Positions 57,310 through 64,000 are shown, counted from the stretch's first letter. The stretch: 64,000 nucleotides of DNA from an uncultured virus (IMG/VR IMGVR_UViG_3300046536_000804) (IMGVR_UViG_3300046536_000804), one strand, 5' to 3'. Translations and numbers: made by a program. Notes: a model not told the origin generated them from the sequence alone.

Positions 57310-58938
57310 TTAAGGGACGGGTATCACACGAGCCGCTTCGGCGATTAGCGTGCCTGGTCCTGCTCCTACATCGGACACAGTCACCTTGAGTGTACCGCTT
57401 GCGCAGTGAAACGTGCCAAGGTTGTTGAAGGCGGGATCGAGATCGTCAATAATCCAGGTCGAGAGCAGGCTGCCGCCAGTCACACGGATTGCGTCTGCGT
57501 TTACTAGGTTGTCAGCGGCATCGTCAGCGACGGTCACCGTCAAATCACCCGCTGAAATTGTGTAACTGCCGAGGATCTGGAAGTTGACCGTCCTTGCTCC
57601 CGAATCGATCTCGGTCGCTCCACCGGAGGCGGAGATTTTCTGGTTGACGCGTATCGTATCGAGAAGCACGCCATTGTTGTAAATACGGTAGGGAGCATTG
57701 CTGGCGAAAACAGCATTCGCCCGCCAGGACGCTTGAACTTGGTAGGTGCCGGCTTCAAGTCCGTGGAACGAATAGCTGCCGACACCGCCCGAGTTGGCTG
57801 GCGAGTATGAGGACTGACCGTTGTAGATGGACGGGTCGGTGGTGATAGCCCACGGGGTAGAACCGTCAACAAATCGACCGTTTAGCTGGGGATTTTTGAA
57901 GACCGTACCTAGCAGTGTCGTGTCATCGTAGATGCGATAAGGTACGGAAGGAGAACCACCAAGCGGATGCCAAGCAACACTCACCGCATAGTCGCCCACC
58001 GGTAGACCAGGGAATGTCCAGGTTCCAACGCTTGAACCTGTCTGTGTAAGGAGGTAAAAAAAGTGATTGTTGTATCCTCCACTCGGACTTACACCCGTCT
58101 CACCGCCGTCGGTCCAAGAACCAACAAAGGAAAAGCCCGAGTCGACACTGCTGACAATAGTTTCTAACGGCGCAGCCGGACACTGAAGCTGCGTTGGCAC
58201 GTCGACAGACCAGGACGCCTTGCTAAACGTTCCAGTTAGGCCCGCACTGCCGTAGTCCGGCACACTGATCGTGCCCTCATTTCTTCCGCCGTCTAGTTTC
58301 CACCACAGATAGGGATCATTCACTGTCGGATTCTGCCCGAGTGCAATTTTGCCGATATCGGCCGGGCTGAGAATCCGCGTATAAACGCGAACATCATCAA
58401 CGCGACAATGAGCGAAGTCGACACTGGGGAACTCACCCGCGGCAAAATAGTTAGAGTTGCTGATGTTAGGTGTTATTCCGCTTGAGCCTCCCTGAATGAC
58501 ACCGAGAACTCCGTCAAGCCAGAACGCGCCGGTAGTGTTTAGCGCGCCGGGTGTCTTTGTCACAACAACATTATGCCACGCATCAACACTGAATGGCTGA
58601 GCGGTCCAGAAACCGTTGCCAGCGCCGGTCTCAACAGAAAGGATATTGCCAGCTCCGCGAAAGCCATAATAAAGCCCCATTCCGCCGCCGGCCACAGAGG
58701 CTGATCCCCAGCCCAGCAGTCCGTTGCCACTCAAAAGTCTTACCCAGCACGAAAGCGTGAATGTCGGATTGCCGACCAACGGAAACGGCCCAGCCGTTCT
58801 GCAAGACTTAGTGGTGTTGCCGTAGAGCGAGTAACGCGAGCAAGTGTGGGAGACCACACTGGTCGGCATTATCGTCAACGGTCCCAGATTTCGTAAAAGC
58901 GGATACATACTTGATTCAGTCTTTGTGCCTGGCAACAC
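57310..58938 (-). CDS. LamG/ConA-like plus golvesin/Xly-like carbohydrate-binding protein
   Basis: FTLSCWV, WHNVVVT, LDG, VDDVRVY.RILS; two W.F.GL..G.Y.V...W...APYRIY modules; start uncertain (58869, 58908 or 58938). Confidence 0.75.
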   Translation of the reverse strand: MLPGTKTESSMYPLLRNLGPLTIMPTSVVSHTCSRYSLYGNTTKSCRTAGPFPLVGNPTFTLSCWVRLLSGNGLLGWGSASVAGGGMGLYYGFRGAGNILSVETGAGNGFWTAQPFSVDAWHNVVVTKTPGALNTTGAFWLDGVLGVIQGGSSGITPNISNSNYFAAGEFPSVDFAHCRVDDVRVYTRILSPADIGKIALGQNPTVNDPYLWWKLDGGRNEGTISVPDYGSAGLTGTFSKASWSVDVPTQLQCPAAPLETIVSSVDSGFSFVGSWTDGGETGVSPSGGYNNHFFYLLTQTGSSVGTWTFPGLPVGDYAVSVAWHPLGGSPSVPYRIYDDTTLLGTVFKNPQLNGRFVDGSTPWAITTDPSIYNGQSSYSPANSGGVGSYSFHGLEAGTYQVQASWRANAVFASNAPYRIYNNGVLLDTIRVNQKISASGGATEIDSGARTVNFQILGSYTISAGDLTVTVADDAADNLVNADAIRVTGGSLLSTWIIDDLDPAFNNLGTFHCASGTLKVTVSDVGAGPGTLIAEAARVIPVP

Positions 58939-58941
58939 AGT

Positions 58942-59484
58942 TCACGCTTCGGTGTCGCCTTCAACATGAAATACACAGTCGGCGGCATCAACCGCTATCC
59001 CGTTAACGGCTGTTCGACGCAACCAGATTGCCCGGCAGAACCCTGGCGGTATATCTCCAACGGCTACCCCCGACACTTTGAGAATCGGCGTGCTGAAGAT
59101 GACGCTGGCAGGCGGCGTGAAGCGGTCAACCACCATCAAGGCTTGCGGCGTCGTATTGTCTAGCTGGCTCGCGACGGTGGGATCGGCACCGACGGCGAAG
59201 AGCGATGCTTCGTCACTCAGTGTGGTGAACCAGCCCACGACGCTTTGCAAGGTAAGGGTAGCGTGCTTATTGAGGATGAATATGCAGCGGTATTCTGCCT
59301 GCTGAGCAACGTTCTGGTCGCCCGTTACTGCAGAGAACAGGTCGTGGAGCGCACCGCCCAACCAGACTGAGCTGGAGATGTACTTGCCAAGGCTTGCTCC
59401 GGGAGTTCCTTGAGCGAGTTCACCACCTGCGGAGGCTGTCGGCACGGAGAACCGTGTATCGATATCGTCCCCAGTGATCGGCAT
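58942..59484 (-). CDS. virion-associated hypothetical protein
   Basis: SLGKYISS...LFSAV...EYRCIF...AIWLRR. Confidence 0.6.
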   Translation of the reverse strand: MPITGDDIDTRFSVPTASAGGELAQGTPGASLGKYISSSVWLGGALHDLFSAVTGDQNVAQQAEYRCIFILNKHATLTLQSVVGWFTTLSDEASLFAVGADPTVASQLDNTTPQALMVVDRFTPPASVIFSTPILKVSGVAVGDIPPGFCRAIWLRRTAVNGIAVDAADCVFHVEGDTEA

Positions 59485-59491
59485 GATCGCC

Positions 59492-60373
59492 TCAACTCCA
59501 TCCCATAAAGCCCAATGCGTTCTCTCCGACCTTCATCTTCTGCACCCAGGCTGTGTACTCGGCCCACAACTCTTGAGCCTTGCGTTCGTATTCTTGATCC
59601 TTGTTCAGATCGTCAAGCCCGATGCTGCCTTCTGCCTGAAACTTCAGCTTGTTGCGACGGAACCAGTGGGCTGCGGTCAGGTACAGTCGCGACACGATCG
59701 CCTGCATCCAATGATACCGATGCGGAAACGATTGCGTCGTGTATCGGGTGACCGGCGGCAGTGCCTCGTTCCAGTAGAGGATCGGATACTCGATCGCCGC
59801 AGCGATCTCGGCCAGATCAAACTGCACATCCTCGATCAGCGTGTTGTCGGCCGGCGAGGAATCCCGCAAGTGCAGGCGGATCTCCGCGACGGATGGTAGC
59901 CCGGTCACCTGGCTCGGATCGGCCGTGAACAACCCGCGGTTGACGATCAAGTAAAACTGGTTGGCGAATATCAGCTTGTCCGAGGCGTTGAAGACGCCGA
60001 ACTCAGCCAGGTAGATGCCCGCCAGCCGGGTCATGTCCGCGTTGGTGGTGGCTTCGACCCAGCCATTGAGCAGATCGTCGGGATCCAGGTCGCACGTAAC
60101 GTCGAGCGGCGCCGAACAGGTGCCAGGAATGATGAGGGCCTCGCGGACCCGCAACTTCACCGAGCCGGTGAACGGTTCATCGGTTCCCAGGCAGGTGGTC
60201 AGGTCGACCATGACGCCGTGTTGATCCGCCATTTGCCAGCGGATCGTGGCGAGCTGACCCTGCGTGATACTGATGGCTTTGCGGCGTGCGATGGAGTCGC
60301 AGCCAAAGACTTGCGTGGTCGTTGCTGAGACGGTCGACTGATCGCTGCAGGACGCTGGTACGTTGGTTGGCAT
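59492..60373 (-). CDS. putative head-tail adaptor with N-terminal Ig/BppU-like domain
   Basis: AGIYLAEF; EIRLHLRD...NTLIEDVQF...WNEALPP. Confidence 0.6.
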   Translation of the reverse strand: MPTNVPASCSDQSTVSATTTQVFGCDSIARRKAISITQGQLATIRWQMADQHGVMVDLTTCLGTDEPFTGSVKLRVREALIIPGTCSAPLDVTCDLDPDDLLNGWVEATTNADMTRLAGIYLAEFGVFNASDKLIFANQFYLIVNRGLFTADPSQVTGLPSVAEIRLHLRDSSPADNTLIEDVQFDLAEIAAAIEYPILYWNEALPPVTRYTTQSFPHRYHWMQAIVSRLYLTAAHWFRRNKLKFQAEGSIGLDDLNKDQEYERKAQELWAEYTAWVQKMKVGENALGFMGWS

Positions 60374-60424
60374 GGGATATCGTCCAGTGTCGCTGTGCGA
60401 TCAGGCGACCGTTCGCAAGGTTGA

Positions 60425-61150
60425 TTACACACCCGCCTGGACCGTGCTGCCCCAGCTCGGGTCGGTGGTGTCGAGAACGTCGTCGGTCAGGATGACTGCG
60501 CGGGACGTGTGGCCGGCGGTCAGGTTCGCCGTCGGTACCGCAGGAGCCGCGGCGAAAGCCTGTGTGCCTTCGTTCCAGGTGGCCGAACTCATGTCCAGCG
60601 TGGTGCCGGACGTGATTTTGTTGTAATACTTCTTCGCAGCCCCGGCAGTGACGGCGCCGACCGAGGTGTCGCTGAGGTACACCTTGATCCCGGTCGCACC
60701 GGTCGGGATGGCTGGCAGGGTGACACGGGGGATGTTGGTCGCACCAACGGTAAAGTCGGCCGACTCACCTCCGGCCAAGGTTTGACCCCACTCGTTGTAG
60801 AACGTGTAGGAGACACGGTAGTGCCCGGCCACCAGCGATCCGCCGGTGGCACCACCGCCGGTGGGGGCCACGGTGGCCGTGGTGGTTGGATCGGCCAGAG
60901 CCGGGTCGGGCGTGGTGTCGAGAAGGATCGGCACCGGGTTCTTCAAGAACGTGATGGCCCCGGAAAGGATGTCACGCTCGAGCGACGCCTGCTTGCGTTC
61001 GTTCCAGCTTGGCTGCGACTGCAGATTGCCGAAGATGTTATAGATCTCGCCACTGGCCAGTGTGCGGCCGTGACGCGTGACATAGGTGAAGAACCGCGGC
61101 GCACCGGAGGTGTTCTTCAGTCGCGTGTAGAGATCAGAGGTGTCGGACAT
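60425..61150 (-). CDS. putative head decoration protein
   Basis: 241 aa; shares a 69-aa segment with the sheath insert. Confidence 0.55.
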   Translation of the reverse strand: MSDTSDLYTRLKNTSGAPRFFTYVTRHGRTLASGEIYNIFGNLQSQPSWNERKQASLERDILSGAITFLKNPVPILLDTTPDPALADPTTTATVAPTGGGATGGSLVAGHYRVSYTFYNEWGQTLAGGESADFTVGATNIPRVTLPAIPTGATGIKVYLSDTSVGAVTAGAAKKYYNKITSGTTLDMSSATWNEGTQAFAAAPAVPTANLTAGHTSRAVILTDDVLDTTDPSWGSTVQAGV

Positions 61151-61211
61151 GTCGAGATTCCTCGTTCAAGGTTATGCGGGTAGTTCCTGATATCGGGATA
61201 TCGCGGTGAAT

Positions 61212-61607
61212 TTACTTCGCCAGAGCGACTTGCGTCGCTTTGACGGCTTCGGCTTCGAGGTGATCGAGGTACCGCGAGGCGGCCGCCTTGATCGCCGCAT
61301 CGCTCAGGATGTTGTCGGCGGCTTCCTTGAACATGGCCTGCGAGACGACCGGCTGGCCGATCGCCTGGCGGACGGCGCCGATGGTGCGGGTCAGGAAGGG
61401 GTCTTCGCCGACGGAGGCCTTCTTGATGACGTCTTGCTGCTGGGCCGCAACGACGAGGTCGGCCAGTTCCATCAACTGGTCTTCCTGCTCGACCGTGCGG
61501 GCGTGGATGTTCCAGTCGCGAGCGAGCTTCTCCAGAATGACCGGCCGGCTGATGCTCTGAATGAGCAGGGCCTTGTCTTGTTCCTGGGTGGCGGCGGTTG
61601 CGCTCAT
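61212..61607 (-). CDS. hypothetical Ala-rich (head assembly?) protein
   Basis: 131 aa with AAGGA RBS; first gene of the virion run. Confidence 0.6.
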   Translation of the reverse strand: MSATAATQEQDKALLIQSISRPVILEKLARDWNIHARTVEQEDQLMELADLVVAAQQQDVIKKASVGEDPFLTRTIGAVRQAIGQPVVSQAMFKEAADNILSDAAIKAAASRYLDHLEAEAVKATQVALAK

Positions 61608-61653
61608 AGTATTGATCCTTGAGGTTGTACGGGACTGCTATCCGAATAGGTTG

Positions 61654-61682
61654 AGTTTACACGGCAGGAGGTCGGAACGCAA
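61654..61682 (-). promoter_or_regulatory. sigma70-like promoter
   Basis: TTGCGT-N17-TAAACT upstream of the 61607 gene. Confidence 0.5.
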
Positions 61683-61720
61683 GTTGGGGAGCTGCAATAG
61701 CTAAAAGAAAGCCGAAGACA

Positions 61721-61748
61721 CCCCACCCACCTGTCTAGGTGGGTGGGG
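61721..61748 (-). terminator. 12-bp hairpin after the kinase gene
   Basis: CCCCACCCACCT-N4-AGGTGGGTGGGG. Confidence 0.55.
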
Positions 61749-61757
61749 GTCGATTCA

Positions 61758-62288
61758 TTAAGCGTTGCCGACAAACGGCCGGACTGACTCCCAGGTTAGC
61801 GGACCCGTGTTGCGATAGACGTGCAGATCCTTCACGCCAGCCTGCAGTTGTGGCAGGTCGGCCATCCACTCGTCATACAGCATAGCTGCAAGATCCTCGA
61901 ACGTCCTGACGTGGGCGTAGCTGGTCGGCTCGCCGGTGCGAATCGCCTTACGTACCCTTCGAGCCGTACGCCTGGAGACCACTAGCTCTTTCGGCGGCAG
62001 AACAACCAGTACCCGGTGCTCGAAGAGCGACCGTGGCGTAGCCGCAAGCTGACCACCCTCGACGATACCGATGCCCTTGCTCAGGATCAGAGTCTCGCAA
62101 GCGACTTTGACTCGCAACGCCGCGTAGCCGTCCGGCTGACCTTGTCTCAGCAGCTCTTCTGCCGGACGAAGTTTCGGCAACCATTCGGGATGCTTATCGC
62201 ACCGCAATAATGGAAGAGCCATGTTACTGGCGACCAACTCAGCGACCGCCGTCTTCCCTGCCCCTGACGGACCAGTGATGCACAACAT
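61758..62288 (-). CDS. P-loop nucleotide kinase-like protein
   Basis: ITGPSGAGKT, LRCD, IVEG, RRTAR. Confidence 0.7.
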   Translation of the reverse strand: MLCITGPSGAGKTAVAELVASNMALPLLRCDKHPEWLPKLRPAEELLRQGQPDGYAALRVKVACETLILSKGIGIVEGGQLAATPRSLFEHRVLVVLPPKELVVSRRTARRVRKAIRTGEPTSYAHVRTFEDLAAMLYDEWMADLPQLQAGVKDLHVYRNTGPLTWESVRPFVGNA

Positions 62289-62311
62289 ATCCTTACCCCA
62301 GCAAGTGTACG

Positions 62312-62349
62312 AAAAAAGCCCTAAGTTGCACTTGCACAACTTAGAGCTT
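62312..62349 (-). terminator. intrinsic terminator closing the tRNA array
   Basis: AAGCTCTAAGTTG-N8-CAACTTAGGGCTT followed by TTTT. Confidence 0.7.
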
Positions 62350-62446
62350 CGGCAAGTTCAGAATCTGAACTAGCTATGCTGCACCACGATATACTGACAC
62401 ACTTTCGAGGCTAATTTAGCACAAATGGACCCAATGACTTTTGTCG

Positions 62447-62469
62447 TCTTTGACCCGACGCAAAGGGTT
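62447..62469 (-). repeat. 23-nt motif copy just 3' of the tRNA array
   Basis: AACCCTTTGCGTCGGGTCAAAGA. Confidence 0.8.
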
Positions 62470-62476
62470 AGTGAAT

Positions 62477-62549
62477 CGCCCTCGCTCGGATTCGAACCGA
62501 GGTCTCAACCGTTTAGAGCGGTAGTGCGATGCCGCTTCGCCACGAGGGC
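62477..62549 (-). tRNA. tRNA with CUA anticodon (amber suppressor type)
   Basis: acceptor GCCCTCG/CGAGGGC, D arm GCGA/TCGC, ACCG-CT CTA AA-CGGT, T arm CTCGG-TTCGAAT-CCGAG; no encoded CCA. Confidence 0.85.
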
Positions 62550-63140
62550 TTTATTCCTTCCGCAGAATGTTTCTGTCTGCGAGTTGCAGTTTGGGCACAG
62601 CAACCTCAGGTTGCTTACGAGACCATTGCGACGATTTCCGTCTATGTGATCCAAGATAAGTACAAGCGGTTTGCCGAACCAAGACGGTGAATTACCGCAT
62701 TCGTAGCAGTTGTTGTTCAGGATGCCTTCGGCGATCAGTCTTCGTTTTCTACCGCCACCGATGGGGTGGTCACTGTCTGCAACTAACACCTCCGCCCACG
62801 GCGTACGTTGTCTGATTCCTGACGTGCCGTGACTTAACCCTTTCCAGTGGCTGGTATCAAGACCGTGTCTCGCCACTTCGCGTTTCACCCAGCTATAGGC
62901 AGAGCCTACAATAGCTCGATTCATCTTGCGAAGGACTGCTGATATGCTCAAGCTCTCTGCAACAGCCTGTTTGAACGCGTCAACGTCGTATCCTTGCCGT
63001 CGGTTACTTACTAGATGGTCAAGGCGGTGTTTCTTGATCCACCAGCGAACAGTTGATCGCGAACAATCAAAATAATCGGCGATCTCCTGTAGCGATTCGT
63101 CGTGGATCGTCAAACGCTGCTCGAGAATATTTTTGTCCAT
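62505..63140 (-). CDS. HNH homing endonuclease with N-terminal HTH
   Basis: LQEIADYFDCSRSTVRWW; CYECG...LDHIDGN..N..SNLRLLCPNC; 3' end overlaps tRNA-CUA. Confidence 0.88.
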   Translation of the reverse strand: MDKNILEQRLTIHDESLQEIADYFDCSRSTVRWWIKKHRLDHLVSNRRQGYDVDAFKQAVAESLSISAVLRKMNRAIVGSAYSWVKREVARHGLDTSHWKGLSHGTSGIRQRTPWAEVLVADSDHPIGGGRKRRLIAEGILNNNCYECGNSPSWFGKPLVLILDHIDGNRRNGLVSNLRLLCPNCNSQTETFCGRNKALVAKRHRTTALNG

Positions 63141-63147
63141 ACATACT

Positions 63148-63176
63148 ATCGTAGCACAACAGGAGTGGCGGAGCAA
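63148..63176 (-). promoter_or_regulatory. sigma70-like promoter for a probably leaderless HNH mRNA
   Basis: TTGCTC-N17-TACGAT with extended TG; ATG follows after a 7-nt spacer. Confidence 0.55.
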
Positions 63177-63207
63177 TTCGCTGCTCTGCCAATTGAGCTA
63201 CGGCCGC
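63174..63207 (-). pseudogene. tRNA 5' half truncated in the anticodon loop
   Basis: GCGGCCG TA GCTC AATTGGCA GAGC A GCGAA TT G, then the HNH cassette; no matching 3' half seen. Confidence 0.7.
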
Positions 63208-63213
63208 TTACAT

Positions 63214-63287
63214 TGACCTCGCCTGGAGTCGAACCAGGATTACGACCGTTTAACGGGTCGGGAATTAGCCAATTATTCGACGAGGTC
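63214..63287 (-). tRNA. tRNA with 8-nt anticodon loop, probable UUA (ochre) anticodon
   Basis: GACCTCG/CGAGGTC, GAAT/ATTC, CGACC-CGTTAAAC-GGTCG, CCTGG-TTCGACT-CCAGG. Confidence 0.7.
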
Positions 63288-63292
63288 TAAAG

Positions 63293-63464
63293 AGCCGGTG
63301 GCAAGATTCGAACTTGCGTCCAACGGTTTATTAAACCGCTGCTCGAGCAGTGTCAGCTCTGGCGTTCTTCACCGGTTGTACTTCCCGGCTATCACCGCTT
63401 TCGCTTGGCTGCCAGATCATCGCAACGTTAACGCCCGCGACGATCCCCACTGAGCTACACCGGC
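63293..63464 (-). ncRNA. tRNA-like RNA with 107-nt D-loop and AAU anticodon
   Basis: perfect GCCGGTG/CACCGGC, GCTC/GAGC, GCGGT-TTAATAA-ACCGT, GCAAG-TTCGAAT-CTTGC. Confidence 0.75.
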
Positions 63465-63468
63465 ATAG

Positions 63469-63587
63469 CGGCGGTGGCTGGATTCGAACCAACACCTCCC
63501 AGCAAGCTGGGTGCTCACCACCCCGGAAGGGGAGTGCCGATCTTTGCCGGCGAACCGGTTTCGAAGGACACATTGAGCTACACCGCC
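63469..63587 (-). ncRNA. tRNA-like RNA with 58-nt D-loop and CUUG tetraloop instead of an anticodon loop
   Basis: perfect GGCGGTG/CACCGCC, GCTC/GAGC, CCCAG-CTTG-CTGGG, GTTGG-TTCGAAT-CCAGC. Confidence 0.75.
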
Positions 63588-63594
63588 GTTGTCC

Positions 63595-63617
63595 TCTTTC
63601 ACCCGAGGCCAAGGGTT
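63595..63617 (-). repeat. 23-nt motif copy just 5' of the tRNA array
   Basis: AACCCTTGGCCTCGGGTGAAAGA. Confidence 0.8.
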
Positions 63618-63624
63618 ATCTGTC

Positions 63625-63981
63625 TCACGCTGCTGCCAGGGACAAGCCCCGCAGCAACTTCTGCTTACGGAACACCCGCCGCTGCTCGCCCGACACCAAC
63701 TCGGTGGCAAACGCCGTCATCTCGTTGTCGAGATCCTCTTCCCAGAACTCGCTGCAGCGGATGCCGGCAGCTCTCGCAGTCTTCAGCATCTCGACGAGTT
63801 CTTTCTCGTCGGCGACGGTGCAGATGACCAGGTTGGGACTCTCGACGTCTTCAGGGGTGAGATGGTTGCGTGCCGATTTGATGGCAGCATGGCAAGCCTG
63901 GACGGCCTGCTGTGGGACAGAAAGGTCTTCGCGGACGACGCAATAAATGTACTGCGTTGGACTGGAGATCTAGTGAGTCAT
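63625..63981 (-). CDS. Pth2-like peptidyl-tRNA hydrolase with in-frame TAG at codon 4 (absent from the ORF track)
   Basis: AAGGAG-N6-ATG ACT CAC TAG, then 114 open codons: YIYCVVREDLSVPQQAVQACHAA...LVICTVADEKEL...FWEEDLDNEMTAFAT...KLL. Confidence 0.8.
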
Positions 63982-64000
63982 GACTCGCTCCTTGGGGTTG

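Noticed and set aside
62477..62549. tRNA-Pyl / pyrrolysine system
   Set aside because: Canonical D-loop GG, TTCG T-loop and 2-nt acceptor-D linker; no pyl genes in the window
62505..63207. Group I intron within a tRNA
   Set aside because: No complementary 3' tRNA half after the HNH gene and no room for a ribozyme core
63331..63946. ORF-track entries 63331-63612, 63350-63946, 63417-63710 and 63474-63827
   Set aside because: They overlap the tRNA-like RNAs and the Pth2-like frame, which explain the sequence better
1..64000. Genome-wide TAG reassignment (code 15)
   Set aside because: Long genes are intact under code 11, and several end in TAG followed by a new RBS and start

Overview
A 64-kb segment of a large tailed dsDNA phage with a contractile tail (myovirus-like). 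It is GC-rich, uses genetic code 11, and nearly all genes lie on the minus strand. A Planctomycete-like host is an inference from protein-family resemblances only. Layout: (1) 0.2-9.3 kb, DNA/nucleotide metabolism (Dam-type methylase, Dda/RecD-like helicase, dCTP deaminase, RNase H) plus small ORFs. (2) 9.5-15.6 kb, a plus-strand terminase large subunit, a primase-derived protein and a divergent plus-strand ORF. (3) 16-27.5 kb, a complete phage-encoded ubiquitin-like conjugation cluster (Ubl, E2-like, JAB/MPN, E1/ThiF) followed by an AAA ATPase and DUF3150/DUF1257/DUF2997-like genes. (4) 27.7-34.7 kb, a putative surface-modification module (GT2, methyltransferase-like, LMW-PTP-like, Cys/Thr-rich and collagen-like proteins). 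(5) 34.7-61.6 kb, baseplate, an embedded sigma factor, tape measure, chaperones with a probable -1 frameshift, spike, tube, sheath, neck and fibre genes. (6) 62.4-64 kb, a translation-control locus. This last locus holds a Pth2-like peptidyl-tRNA hydrolase gene missed by the ORF track, with an in-frame TAG at codon 4. Downstream are two tRNA-like RNAs with large structured D-loop insertions, a probable UUA-anticodon tRNA, a tRNA 5' half cut off by an HNH gene, and a CUA-anticodon (amber) tRNA. A 23-nt motif brackets this RNA array and occurs six times in the window. All family assignments come from motifs recognised by eye; no database searches or folding programs were run.
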